Origin: Octopus sinensis
Lineage: Eukaryota
Length of the DNA: 64,000 nucleotides
Direction: 5' to 3'
Assembly: GCF_006345805.1 (NCBI RefSeq)
Contig: NC_042998.1
Span: 198,276,001 to 198,340,000 of the forward strand
Shown here: one piece after another, positions 49,532-63,142 of the stretch
How the letters are laid out: each line of letters starts with the position of its first letter
How positions within the stretch are numbered: the first letter of the stretch is position 1
Program-made: the position numbers and the translations under genes
The notes under the pieces: model-generated
Told to the model about the DNA's origin: nothing
Databases searched by the model: none
Seen by the model: only the letters and a program-made list of their open reading frames with translations

Positions 49532-50133
49532 AAACATCTGAGTTTTCCAAACATCTAAGGGGGTGATGCTACACTCCTGAAACATCAGGGATAGCATTCC
49601 TCCTTTAAGCTCTTTGATTCTTGCACATTCTAAATCAGTCAGTTCGTCTGCACTGAAATAAACTATTCTGCATAGTTGGACATTTACATTTCCTCCCCCC
49701 CTCTCAGTTACCCTAATATACCCTATGTGAAGGATTGTCTCTACGCTTCACTAACCCTCCTTCAACAAATTTAATTCTAACATAGCAGTTTGGAGAAATT
49801 CTCAGAAATGTAACCAAAATATCATCACACATCAGGAAACACACTTTATTATGGACTAATTATGGATAAATGCATATTCTGTGAGTATGATACCTCTCCT
49901 CATATCTCCAGAATTCAAACTTACTTCAATATGGATGGATTTACATCTTCATTTTCATTTTCATTTTCTGGAAAATTAAGAGGTTTTTTTAAAATACTTT
50001 TTTAAAACCCGTTATATGACTGTGCAACTTTTAGAAGTCCATTTGTTACCTAAATCTTATTTTTATAGAACTATCCCTGATGTTTCAGGAGTGTAGCATC
50101 ACCCCCTTAGATGTTTGGAAAACTCAGATGTTT

Positions 50134-50222
50134 TTTCGGCTGATGAGTACGGGTCACTTATATTTACTGCAATATTTGCAGCCTTAATAAAGCTGTTTTC
50201 GTACGAAACAATTGTACCGAAA
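50134..50222 (+). ncRNA. Type I hammerhead ribozyme, canonical core, in a Penelope-like terminal repeat
   Basis: Stem I TTTCGG/CCGAAA; core CTGATGA (50140-50146); stem II GTACG/CGTAC; GAAA; palindromic stem III ACAATTGT; cleavage triplet GUA (cut after 50216). Confidence 0.8.
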
Positions 50223-50369
50223 TATTGATCCATTCTTGTTGCTTTATTCTTATTTATAATCACCCCGCATTATCTTATGGTTAACACCATATAGATTTTT
50301 GGTGCATCTAAGTTAAGTACCGCATTCATGTGAATTCAACAGAATTCACTTGAATCTTAATTGCTTTTA

Positions 50370-50404
<35 letters not shown>

Positions 50405-50710
50405 ATTTGTGACGGAATGTGATGGATGTATTGTAATATAGCAACAACACTGCAGTTTTCGTCTTGAGAAAGCATTTTTATAAACATTTAATGCTAAATT
50501 AATGCACAGAATTATCAGCAGGCGTCCAGTAGCGGCAGTGGGGCTGCTGAAGGACAAACGTCCGAAACGTTAAGGCACTCATTTCAAATTCTCAAGATTT
50601 AAACTAAAACCATATCCATCAAAATTTACTCTTTCAGTGCCGTCTTTGTTTATGTCTATTGCCTCAACATTGTGCGTGTATGTGAATGTGTGTGTTGTGT
50701 GTGTATGTGA

Positions 50711-50785
<75 letters not shown>

Positions 50786-52124
50786 ATGCATGTGCGCACG
50801 CGTGTGTTTCCTAAAAGTTAATTTTTGAATTTCTGTATGTAAGAAATAACAAACAGATAACACATCCAAGGTACAAACATATCCCGTCTTGGTTCCTTAC
50901 AGAAAATCTGAGGTTAAATGTCAGAATTTCAAACCCAGCGTTAGTAAGCAACCACAAATGAAGGCGTCGCGACCTGCTAGAAATAACAGCCACATCTTCA
51001 TCATATTACACTCTACCATCAATTATAATGGTTGACACATTGGACAATGTAGTCCATTACCTAAAACGAAACAATATTTGGTGCAGTCACTTCTGGAATA
51101 TTTTGTGGCATCTTGGGCAAGTGTCTTCTGCTATAGCCCCGGGCCGACCAATGCCTTGTGAGTGGATTTGGTAGACGGAAACTGAAAGAAGCCTGTCGTA
51201 TATGTGTATATATATATGTGTGTGTATGTGTTTGTGTGTCTGTGTTTGTCCCCGTAGCATTGCTTGACAACCGATGCTGGTGTGTTTACGTCCCCGTCAC
51301 TTAGCGGTTCGGCAAAAGAGACCGATAGAATAAGTACTGGGCTTACAAAGAATAAGTTCCGGGGTCGATTTGCTCGACTAAAAGCGGTGCTCCAGCATGG
51401 CCGCAGTCAAATGACTGAAACAAGTAAAAGAGTAAAGAGTAAAAGAGTATGTCTATTCGATTACGGCTGACGTCATCGTCAACAAATCACTTCATCCAGC
51501 AGATGAACTCGTGCGGAATAGAAACGCTAATGGAACTAGAAACGCAAAAATCCAAATCAAACTGTAAAGAGCTGAAGGGAGTTTTTAAAATTTGTTTGTA
51601 AATAGAGCAACGAAGCTTGATTCCTAATCATTTCCCGTTATTTTCCTATTTACCAACAGAGAAAATAGATTTTGATAGATCTTACTGAGAGTAAGATATA
51701 AATTATTTGACAGCCAACGGTTTGAGAATACAGGTCAAATGTAAAATTCGTGCATGGCATATTCGTAGATATCAATTTGTAAAAATTCACTTGAATGTGT
51801 TGGCGAAAATATACATTGACAAGTCAGACAATTTATGTAAGAGAAATGCTGCTGAAAATGGACAAAGATATTTTGATGTTTCCGTGTCAATTGGACAATT
51901 TGTTAAATGTGTGCAAAGAGGTAAATAACTATTGTAAGAAATAAAATCAGTTAAACGTGCGCATGTTTAGTGTCAAAATGAAAAGAAACTGCAATCAAAA
52001 GGAGATGAAATGCAAGTAAAATAATACCTGACGCTTGATTGCTGCCAGAGTTACAAGGTCAGAAGCAGAGAATGTGAAAGAGAGAGAAAGAGAGAGAGAA
52101 TACTTTCCGTGCCCTTACAGAATA

Positions 52125-52500
52125 ATTCATCATCTTTGTTCGACCATGGTCGAGACAATGGAATTTACTATGTTACGCCAGACCTCACGGTCCTTCATAG
52201 CATTACGGAGGTCCTGTTGCTGGATGCCTGTATCCCTGGAGATTACATCAGGGTAGGAGAGTGTGCGCCCTCTGGTGTCGCGAGCAGATGGCTTCCAGAG
52301 GAGAAGAGTAGAAATTACCTTGTTTTCAGCTCTACAACAATGTCCAGCAAATTGGACTCTTCTACCATTCACAAGAGATGGTAGTTTCCCGTATATTTGT
52401 ACTTTGGTTGGATGACGCTTCCACGAGAGATTTTGAGCTCTCACAGAATATTTACCTCCATTTGTTGCTCGTGTCTGATTGGTCAGCTTCATAACGATGC
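52125..52500 (-). mobile_element. RTE/RTE-X LINE 3' fragment
   Basis: RAQNLSWKRHPTKVQIYGKLP...RRVQFAGHCCRA...LRNAMKDREVWR; short GAT tail. Confidence 0.8.
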
Positions 52501-53654
52501 GGTATCCCAGCACCATTGATCTAGAAACCATCTATTTTTGAGAAAGCGGCTTCTTGGCCGAAAGTGGGAATTCGTTTCTACGAAATGAAACAATTAAGAA
52601 ACGAAAGTAAAATACCGACATGATAATATAAAGCAACCGGTATGTCATTAGCAAAGTTAGATCTCCAAATGTTGTAATTAAATTCTTAATTAACGTAAGC
52701 AAAGTATGCCTATTTACTTCTTTGTTGTTTGGAATGAAGAGGAAATGAATAACAGCGAGTACACAAGACAAATACTTTTTTTGCAAAATTATGGACTTTA
52801 ATCGCATTTGACATTGTCTTGGTTGTGATGAAGATTTAAAAGCAGAGTAAAGACTCGAATTGTGCAATTCGACATCTATGAAAATCTACCAAGAAAGTAT
52901 AACGCAAGGAATTATTACCGATGCATTTTCCAAGGAAAACTATCTCTTCTACAAATCATCGAGTTCGTGTACTCTTTGGCAGTTGCAAAGCTAATAGGGG
53001 TACAAAAGGAGCGACCGCTCCGACCGAACATATTATACAAAATTGGTGCCTTTTTAACAACTTTTTTTAATTCTTTAGTTCAATTGCGCGATAAAATATG
53101 AATTTTTTTCTTTTTTTTTTTGTTAATCACATGGTCTTGGAAGAACTTTCTGAAGCCATTACTTTATTTGACCAGTCTTGCTATTTTTAAACTGTCTGCT
53201 CTGATGTATTTTTGGCCGCTGACATCTGAAGAACCAAAACAAACCTTGATGTCATAACCTCTCGATACTGGACGAATCTGTAGAATTTCGTCTTTTTCAT
53301 GTTACACCTATATTATGATCTGGAAACAGAATCTCTGTTCTTACCATTGCATCACACCTCTTCTCCAAAACCTATGACGTTCAAGAGTCAGCGATCGGCA
53401 CAGCAAGTCTTCATGCGTAAGGACACTGTTACTGAAACATGAAATTAAGGAATGTAGAATTCAATTACATATATTACAACTAATGAAATATTGATACTTC
53501 GTGTAATAGAAGAGAAACAAGTTTAAAATTGCTTGGTATGTGTCACGGGGCTCTTCTTTTTTTTAATGTGCTCACGCCCACTAACTTTAGAACTGGCTAC
53601 GCCTCAGCTATTGAGTGTGTAATATAGCAAGCATTAAAATAATGATAATATAAC

Positions 53655-53714
<60 letters not shown>

Positions 53715-53715
<1 letters not shown>

Positions 53716-54098
53716 GGATGAACGGAAAAGAAAAATCAAGCCTAACAATTGACGTCCTGGTGACAACAGAATTGAAGAGAAAGATGAAGAAAAAATAAAG
53801 AACTACGATGAGTTGAAATGTTGTGGGCAGGGTGTGGGCGATGAAGAGGGTGAACGTGATAGCAATAGTGATTGGCGCGCTTGGAACTATCAGCGCTCAA
53901 CTACCAGCGTGGCACAAAAAGATTGGTACAAATGTGACAGTAGAACACCTTGAAAAATCAGCAGCGCTTAGATGTGCAAGAGTTCTTGGCAGGATTCTTG
54001 AAGTATGGCCAGTGAACAAGTGTCACTTTAGTCTGCTGGTTGTGAGCATCTGACACTTCCCATTATACCCAGCAAAATAAGCTGACAGTTTTACATCA

Positions 54099-54100
<2 letters not shown>
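53715..54100 (+). mobile_element. R4/Dong-clade RLE C-terminus and 3' UTR
   Basis: VWAMKRVNVIAIVIGALGTI...VEHLEKSA; followed by (AAT)n. Confidence 0.75.
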
Positions 54101-54144
<44 letters not shown>

Positions 54145-54167
54145 TAATAATAATAATAATAATAATA

Positions 54168-55238
54168 GGCTTCTGATCTTTAACTGATTGGAAATGTTAT
54201 CATGTACATTGTTTTGTCTTGGTATAAAAGATGGGCTACAGCAAATATTCTGCTCAGTACCACAGATTTGCTTGTCAGTTGTTTGACCTTAACCAGTTGA
54301 GCATGTCCCTTAGTGGCTGACGATATGTGCATCTCTGATCACGAGCAGAAGTAGTGGGGAAGCATCATAGCCATGTGTTGAGGGGGATTCTTTGGGGTTT
54401 GAATAGTTCACCTCTGGAAACATGGGTGGTTCTTTCAACATCCTTAAACAACCCTTATTCAGGGACCGTTTGAGCGGGATGGGCTACTCAACCTGAAGAA
54501 AATTCTAACTGGGCCCCACCTGCAAGGTCATGTGCTGTTTATCTTGATATGAGATCACTATGTCACGCACATATGGTTGTGATGCATGTGCCTGGTGTAC
54601 CTTTATCAGACGGGTAGTCATGATGGGTATATTGGGCTTCGTATATTTTACCCCAGTGTCACTTTGATGGCATGAACTGCTCTCTCACTCAATAATAATA
54701 ATAATAATAATAAAGTGTTATCATGTACATTGTTTTGTCTAGTGTTATCATGTACATTGTTTTGTCTTGGTATAAAAGATGGGCTACAGCAAATATTCTG
54801 CTCAGTACCACAGATTTGCTTGTCAGTTGTTTGACCTTAACCAACTGAGCATGTCCCTTAGTGGCTGACGATATGTGCATCTCTGACCACGAGCAGAAGT
54901 AGTGGGGGAGCATCATAGCCATGTGTTGAGAGGGATTCTTTGGGGTTTGAATAATTCACCTCTGGAAACATGGGTGATTCTTTCAACATCCTTAAACAAC
55001 CCTTATTCAGGGACCTTTTGAGCGGGATGGGCTACTCAACCTGAAGAAAATTCTAACTGGGCCCCACCTGCAAGGTCATGCGCTGTTCATCTTCATATGA
55101 GATCACCATGTCGCGCACATATGGTTGTGATGTATGTGCCTGGTGAACCCTTATCAGACGGGTAGTCATGATGGGTATATTGGGCTTCGTATATTTTACC
55201 CCAGTGTCACTTTGATGGCATGAACTGCTCTCTCACTC

Positions 55239-55298
<60 letters not shown>

Positions 55299-55510
55299 TA
55301 TGATATTCCCTGATGTAGTACCAGGCAGTGGCTCTCATGGCTTCTGATCTTAACTGATTGGAAGTGTTATCATGTACATTGTTTTGTCTTGGTATAAAAG
55401 ATGGGCTACGGCAAATATTCTGCTCAATACCACAGATTTACTTGTCAGTTGCTTGACATCAACCAGTTGAGCATGTCCCTTAGTGGCTGACGATATGTGC
55501 ATCTCGGATC
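54168..55510 (+). mobile_element. Head-to-tail array of three family E copies separated by (AAT)n
   Basis: Direct reading of the repeated units and spacers. Confidence 0.8.
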
Positions 55511-55519
55511 TTTTCTTTT

Positions 55520-56300
55520 GTCACTCCCATTATATTTCTTTTTTTTTTACTCCAACACCCATATTTTCTGCTACAATTATTTGTTTCTGTGCTGTTTTGC
55601 GTTTTGATGTAGTTTAGAATTTCATTCACATTTTTCGTTTCTTGGTTCAATTTCCATCGATCAACCTTTTTTAAGGTTGCAAAAAATGTCGCTATCGTTC
55701 TCCTGTAGCCTTGACCTTATTCTGTCGCAGATTGCCCTTTGCCCATCTGTCATGTCACCATTAATTTTATTGTCTTCTTCCAAACCATCTGTATGTTTTT
55801 CATCGAGCAAGCTATCACTGTCCCTTTCCTGCGGTTTATAAGAGATTTCACCTCTGTTTTCTGCTATGAGATTACTTTTATCAGTAGGAACTATATTTTC
55901 ATCATTTCCTCTGTTGCTGTTTTCTAATATTTTTTTCTTATTGCTCTAGCTTGATCACATAATCTCTGTTCCATGCTTTGAATCAATCCTCTTTTTTATC
56001 CATTGATCATACATACGTTGTCGGTATCCCCTAATATGAACACCATTTTCGTCTACAGGGTTGCTCAGGTAGTAATACTCCATGACACAGCGTTGACTTG
56101 TTTGTTCCATCTACGCCGTGTATGCTGGTCTCCTGCTGGATAACGTCAGGCTGGAGTCGGACCAGTATCTCAGCCTGCCGGGTGCAACACTGTCACCATC
56201 ATGGGCTTTAGTTTCATTACCACCGTTGTTCACAATATTTTATTTATCCATTGTCACTCATATGACGAAGCGATTATCAGGTTACGCAATTGCCAATGTT
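55520..56300 (-). mobile_element. R4/Dong-clade ORF N-terminal fragment
   Basis: RRRWNKQVNAV/VMEYYYLSNPVDENGVHIRGYRQRMYDQW and MEQRLCDQARAIRKN across frameshifts. Confidence 0.65.
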
Positions 56301-56425
56301 TTTATTGTGACACCATCACTAGATGTACCATCAATCAGGACGTAGAGAGATCCCATCCTCTTCCTTTCATTATTATTACTATCATGACAGATATTTTCGT
56401 ACATTTTCTTTTCCTTCCATGAGGC

Positions 56426-56537
<112 letters not shown>

Positions 56538-56673
56538 ATGCGTGTGTGTGTGCTTTTCCTCTATAAATTTTTCTTTCATCACATAATTCTCAGTTTTGAT
56601 GACGCCGGCTTTCTTCGCATGTTTCAACAAGTAGTTTTGATGACGCCGGCCGTCATTATTATTATTATTATTA

Positions 56674-56712
<39 letters not shown>

Positions 56713-57139
56713 GGATCTTTTCGGTTTGAATGGCATTTTTTTCTAGCGGTGTCATATGAAATTGTCACCCATAATTATGACCCTAGTATCGATCTATTAC
56801 ATTTCAATCTGTTTTAAGGTTAGGGTTAGTTAGGGTTAGGAGTGGGAGGAAGGGTATCCTTTTTTCTTCAGAAATGTAAATAAACCCAGTCTGTTTCTTA
56901 AACGAGAGACATATTCATACGGTACAGAATGTTTTTTACCTCAATAGACGTCAGTGATTGGTAGAAATTGCAGAAATTGAAGAAAAAAACAACAAATCTC
57001 TTACAAACTATAGAATTTTCTCAATAAAGCCAAGAGAAAAAGATGTTTTATAAACACATTCTACCAGTATACGAAGTTTAAAAGTGTTTAGTTACATGGG
57101 AATTATTTTTAAAAACTGCCGTTCAAACAGAAAAGATCC
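56713..57139. mobile_element. MITE, same family as 29609-30030
   Basis: GGATC...GATCC termini; TSD attattat/attatcat. Confidence 0.8.
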
Positions 57140-58039
57140 ATTATCATTGTTGTTGTTGTTTTTATTATTATCATCATAATCATTATAATGGCCGCCATAC
57201 TGTAAAGTTACGGAAATTTGGAGCTCCGTAAGTTGAAAAAGTGTTTGTAACCTTTCCGACCTTTGTTCATTTTTATTGCTACCATTGCAACTCTGAGATT
57301 GTCTGAACTGCGCAAATAGCTTTTTTGTGTAGAACCTCCACTCCTGTTTTGCAGGTGGTACGCATCAATAATTTTTAAATCTTAACTACTTTCGGCAAAA
57401 GCAAATATTTTGCAATTTTCTTTAATTATTTAAAAATGGCTGATAAAGAAGCCATCATCATAATGTCATAATGTTCGACAAAGGAACGCGATCCTCGTCG
57501 AAAGAAAATAGTGAGAACAAGAACATCGAATGGCCCAAACTTAATGACGTTACCAAGGCGAATAATGTTTCGTCTCTAAGCAACGTCAAAACTTTCTGTG
57601 TCGACAACGAGAACAACAACAACAGCAACAGTCCAGCAGTAACAACAACAGCAACAACAAGTGGAGGCACAATGGTCCAATGGCTAGGGCAGCGGACACG
57701 CGGTCGGAGGATAGCCGTTTCGATTCCCAGACCGGGCGTTGTGTGTGTTTATTGAGCGAAAACACCTAAAGCTCCACGAGGCTCCGGCAGGGGATGGTGG
57801 CGACCCCTGTCGTACTCTTTCGCTCCAACTTTCTCTCACTCTTTCTTCCTGTTTCTCGTCCCCGACTTCCTACGCCACCGCTGAGCCTGGATGCGCATTC
57901 ATCCATCCGTCGATGCTCTCGGTGTCGGGGTGGTTGACCTGCTTTCTCTTCTGCAGGTCTTACAAATAGCAAAGGACCACGTTTCGGACTTCTCTCACTA
58001 CGGAAGACCGCTTCGCTCAACATCACAGTAACAACAAAA

Positions 58040-59350
58040 ATAACAACACGAAAGAAATGAAACAAGAAATGACAGAAAAATTTAAGGTGGAGTACTTATA
58101 CAGACTGAGACTGATCTTTAAGTCGAAATTAAACGGACGGAATAAGATTGAAGCTATCAACACCCGGGCGATTTTACTCCTTAGATATGGAACAGGGGCA
58201 ATCGCATGGACAGTAGACGAACTAAACAGCTTAGACAAAAAGACAAGGAAGTTGCTAACTAGATATGGGATACTCCACCCAAAAAGTGACAGAGAAAAAC
58301 TGTATTACCAAGAAAAAGAAGGGGAAGAGGACTGATTGGATACGAACACAGCATTAGAACAGAAGAAAACAACACAATATGGTATGTAAAAAATGCTATA
58401 GAGTCGCTATTATTGGAAGTAAGAAGGTCAAGCTTGTGTAGGGTGGGAGATTGCAAAGATAAAGCACTGTACAAGCACTTGAGAATGAATGAAACTGAAA
58501 ATAGGTGGGTAAAGAAAAGAATGCATGGACAATTTCATAAGGATATTGAAGATAAGATAGACAGAGAAAAAAGATGGCTATGGAAAACTAAAAGGGATTT
58601 AAAACCGGAAACAGAGGCTCTAATCTGTGCTGCCCAAGAGCAAGCGTTAAGAACTAATTACATCAAATAGAGAATAGACAACACATCAGAAGGTGATAAA
58701 TGCAGAATTTGTGAACAAAATGGTGAAACCATATGGCATATTACCAGTCAATGTACGCCACTAGCCCAGAAAGAATATAAGAGACGTCATGATAGCATAG
58801 CAAGGATTGTCCATTGGACACTTTGCAACAAGTATGGACATGACAAAGCAAAAAAGTGGTACGAACATAAACCCGAAGGCATCATCGAAATGATAATGCA
58901 AAGATCCTATGGGATTTTATGATTCAGTGCGACCATGAGATAGGGAATAGGAAGCCAGACATAGTGTTAATTGAGAAAGAAAGCAAACGATGCTGGATCA
59001 TAGATATTGATACAGCTGACAACAAGGTATGCGATAAGGAAGAAAGAAAAGTCGATAGATATAACAAGTTAGTTTGGGAGATTAAGCAATTGTGGTCGCT
59101 GAAAAAAGTGGTGGTAGTACCAGTAATTGTCGGAGTCCTGGGAATAGCATGTAAAAATCTTGAGAAGTACATGGAACAAATAGGGGCTGCAATAAGGGTG
59201 GAGCACTTGCAGAAAACAGCACTGCTTGGAACTACTCGAATACTCCGGACGGTGCTCGAAAAATAAGGGTTGTTACCTTAGTTCACTGGTAGTGAACAGC
59301 TGACACCGTAGCACATCTCCAGCATTAGAAGCTACGCAAAGACAATAAAA
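58040..59350 (+). mobile_element. R4/Dong-clade (RLE-type) non-LTR retrotransposon, 3' ~1.3 kb, frameshifted
   Basis: KSKLNGRNKIEAIN (RT thumb); HGQF and LKPETEALICAAQEQALRTNY; CRICEQNGETIWHITSQC zinc knuckle; RHD; KPDIVLIEK...WIIDI; KY; VPVIVGVLG; ends in AAT repeats. Confidence 0.9.
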
Positions 59351-60347
59351 TAATAATCCTTTCTACTATAGGCACAAGGCCTGAAATTTTGAGGGAGATG
59401 GCTAGTCGAGTACATCGACCCCAGTGCATAAAGTCAGCCTCGGCAACGTTTGAATTCAAAACGAAATACTGCTAAGCATTTCGCCCGGCAAATATTCTGC
59501 TCAGTACCACAGATTTAGTTATCAGTTGTTTGACCTTAACCAGTTGATCATGTCTCTTAGAGGCTGACGATATGTGCATTTCTGATCATGGACAGAAGTA
59601 GTGGGGGAGCATCATAACCGTGTGTTGAAAGGAATTCTTAGCGGTTTGGATAATTCACCTATGGAAACATGGGTGGTTCGTTCAACATCCTTAAACAATC
59701 CTTATTCAGGGACCTTTTGAGCGGGATCGGTTACTCGACCAGAAGAAAATTCTAACTGGGCCCCACCTGCAAGGTCATGTGCTGTTTATCTTGATATGAG
59801 ACCACCATGTCGCGCACATATGGTTGTGATGCATGTGCCTCGTGTACCCTTATCAGACGAGTAGTCATGATGGGTATACTGGGCTTCGTATATTTTACCC
59901 CTGTGTCACTTTGATAGCATGCACTGCTCTCTCACTCAATAATAAAAATAATAATAATAATAATAATAATTTTTATTAGCCACAAGGACATAGATGACAG
60001 GGACGTCACAAGTACCGAGCACAATTTGTGTAGGGATTTACACATAGAGGATGGGAAGAAAGAAATGGAAGAGATGGTGAAATGCGATAACTGTTTCTTT
60101 TCTTTTTTATATAGGTGCAGGCGTGTCTTTATGGTAAGAAGCTTGCTTCCCAACCATATGGGTTCGGGTTCAGTCTCACTGTGTGCTCTCTCGGGCAAGT
60201 GTCTTCTATTATAACCTCGGGCTGACCAAAGCCTTGTGAGTGGCTTTGGTAAACAGAAACTGAAAGAAGCCCGTTGTGTGTGTGTGTGCGTGCGTGTGCG
60301 AGAATGTGTGTGTGTGTGCGTGTGTGTGCGCGTGTGTGTGTGTGTGT

Positions 60348-60395
<48 letters not shown>

Positions 60396-60559
60396 TCGCA
60401 CTACCACCACTTAACAGCTGGTGTTGATGTATTTATGCCCCTGTAACTTTGCGGTTCGGCAAAAGAAATCGGCAAAAGAGATCGCTACTCAAGTCATCCC
60501 AAAGTCTTGCAGGTCGATTCATTTGACTAAAAAGTTTCGCAAATTCACTGGTACATAGA

Positions 60560-61050
60560 ACTTACCTCTCTACCCTCACTTTCTTTTCCAACTGGAAATT
60601 AAGGAAGTCGATGGCAGCTTGATCGAAGAGATAGGCACCTTTCCTCAATCCTTCAGCCTCGTACACCACAACCACTTCCCGCCATAACCACCAGACAGAG
60701 GAACTCCACCTACCCTGCTTTGTTAAAGGTGGGTGGTGGGGCAATACTCAAGATGGATTCAGCCGATAATCCAATTCGTCCCACGTCCGATAACAGCTGT
60801 TCGACATAACTCAGCAAGACAGCAATGTTCGGACACTGTACGAATACGTGCAGAACGGTTTCACGGCCCAACAAGCACTTTGGACAGCCCCGCCTGATAA
60901 TGGTTCCGTGCCTGTAGAGTTATTCTCGAACTGACAGTGCTCCTCGGTAGCATGATAGGCCAGGAATTTCTGGAAATTATCCATGGTAGTACTCCAAATC
61001 TGACCAGCTAGATCATCCACGTGGACGTCATCGCTCTTATCCACCATTAG
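60560..61050 (-). mobile_element. L1/Tx1-clade ORF2 C-terminal fragment
   Basis: CPKCLLGRETVLHVFVQCP (CCHC knuckle) ... FQLEKKVRVER, with stops and frameshifts. Confidence 0.75.
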
Positions 61051-61928
61051 ATTTCTGTAAATTGTTACCATAGAACTTCCTTCGACTGGTGGGTACCTGA
61101 CGATACCCTAAGCAATTTATCCGGCGTGCTAACCATTCTGCCAGCTCGCCACCGTACTGAGAATACTAAGATATTGAATACAAGAATATTAAACGATTTT
61201 CGATAGTACTTCTGAAAATAAAGAAATTCCTAGATTTGATACAGCTGGTCCACAGATAAAAAAAAGTGGCTGTAATTACTACCCCGATAATAACTTGGAA
61301 AACCTACAATCGAAACGACAATTCAGGGTACGAAAATTGGGTGTTGTAGGAAGAACAGCATACTTCAAACAATCAAATCTATCCATCTAAATTATAACCT
61401 GTTGCTATTTCCATTTGGGAAGTTATTTTAATATGTGACGTTGTGGAGAAAAAAGTCTTAAGAAATTACATAAATGCAGTGCTTCTATATACAGGTCTAT
61501 AGTATTTGGGAATAATTCCAGTTATTTTCGCTACTCAAATCATACCAAAAATATTTTTTTGATATGCATTCTAAAACTGAAGAAGTTAAATTACAACGCA
61601 TGAGATCTTATATATGAAAAAAAACTTAGAATTGAATCGTATCAAACCATTTATAATCACTTAGACTCTAATACGGTGTACATTTGCAGAAGAATGGTCA
61701 AATCCATCAACTTTCATGGTAACGCCCACGATGGATGCAGACGCTACATCAAAACTCCATTAGCAATTGCAGGAAAGTTGAAAAAAAAGCCTGATTTTTT
61801 TTACTACTTTCACGTAATCGGAATTGGTAACATATTACTGACGAACTATATTAAGGACAAGTAGTGGCTGAATTATATAATTTAACGAGTAGCGCTTCCC
61901 ATGGTAGACTTGAAGATTTATTTGACGA

Positions 61929-62749
61929 CTAGCAGCATAGCCCGGCGTTGCCCGGGTATGTAAGAGCCCCTTGTAGGCAACGACTAATCCCAATTTAGTC
62001 CTTTCCCTCTAGGGAACGAAGGCGCATGTGTAGGTTGCAATGTCTTCTCTTCACTCGAATACTTCTGTGTATACGATGTTCCTAGCTGTCCCTTTGGGCG
62101 AAAACACGAAAACATCATTGCGCCTCCCAAGAGAGTTAAAAAGGTCGAGTTGCGTCCCCTAGACAGTCTGTGGTTTGTGTTTAATACACAAATCGGTTTG
62201 CTATGTGTGCCACATATGATTTAATTAACCGATTTTTTCCAGTAATAAAGTATCCTATTGGAATAAAAAGGGCCATATAGCTCCTCGGAGCAGACATGAT
62301 GCTCGCTGTGAATTAAAAAAAAAATTCCTGCCAATTTGTGAAAGATATTGTCGAAAATATGTCATCTTGAATTTGAACGCGATTTCCCAAAATGGCATGA
62401 TTTTATCGATTTTTTCTGATGGTAAGGTATTGCATGGAACGTCAGAATTAAGTTTCTTAGGGTAACATTAAGCTTCACCATGAGTTTGGTGAAAATCGAT
62501 TGCAAGTTGCGAAAACTACAACAGAAAATGTGTTGCATATAAAAAGCTTAGATTCTCGACCCCATGTCGAATTTATTGATTTTTTTCAGAACTGGGGGAA
62601 CTTTTCAAAATTTTCCCTGCGTTAGTTTTGAATTATGACATTGGGCTATGTGTGTGTCAAGTTTCATCAGAATCGGTTGAAAGCCATGGTCAGGGTGAGG
62701 GTACAACCTGACAGACACACAGACAAACTGCCGTTTATATAGAGAGAGA
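61929..62749 (-). mobile_element. Non-autonomous Helitron, family 3, nested in a fossil autonomous Helitron
   Basis: 5' TCTCTCTCTATATAAAC; 3' hairpin CCCGGGCAACGCCGGG plus CTAG; A/T insertion site. Confidence 0.75.
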
Positions 62750-63142
62750 TATGTTGAAAAAAAGCATTTGCAGAGAAGCTACGGTCTATATGTAGATTAT
62801 AGGGTTTCAAAAACGTGTGATACCCCTTTGTACATATTAATCATGTTAAAAGAAAGGGATACTAGATCCAGGAGACAATGAGGAAATTTTATATGCAGAA
62901 TTACCAAATCCGGAAACGTAGTCGAAATTGCCGCTCAACGTGTGCTAACTGGTCTATGTGCTGGGGATAACTCCAACGTGTTATGCCTGGTTGTTGGCAA
63001 ATGTCGGAAATAATATGTTGAAGACTTTTCCCCTTACTTTTTGGAAAATACAATCCCAATGACTAACGGATATTTGAATTATAATCGTCTGAGTAATGGT
63101 TCAGATTTTAAAAGAAAGTAAATGTGAATTTAGATTACCGCT

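Larger units (their letters stand above)
49411..50254 (+). mobile_element. Penelope-like element remnant: inverted terminal repeat, ORF-end remnant, terminal repeat
   Basis: 184-bp near-perfect inverted arms (49411-49594 and 50071-50254), each with a hammerhead. The interior encodes a degenerate ...KCNQNIITHQETHFI reminiscent of a GIY-YIG C-terminus. Confidence 0.65.

Noticed and set aside
50540-50576. Hammerhead-like CTGCTGA-A-GGAC...GTCC-GAAACGT
   Set aside because: The core is mutated and no stem I pairing is possible; decayed remnant only.
60560-60570. Strong GAG|GTAAGT donor on minus (also CAG|GTAAGT near 23547 on plus and a donor near 41498)
   Set aside because: The first two lie within LINE remnants and the third follows low-complexity sequence; no exon support.
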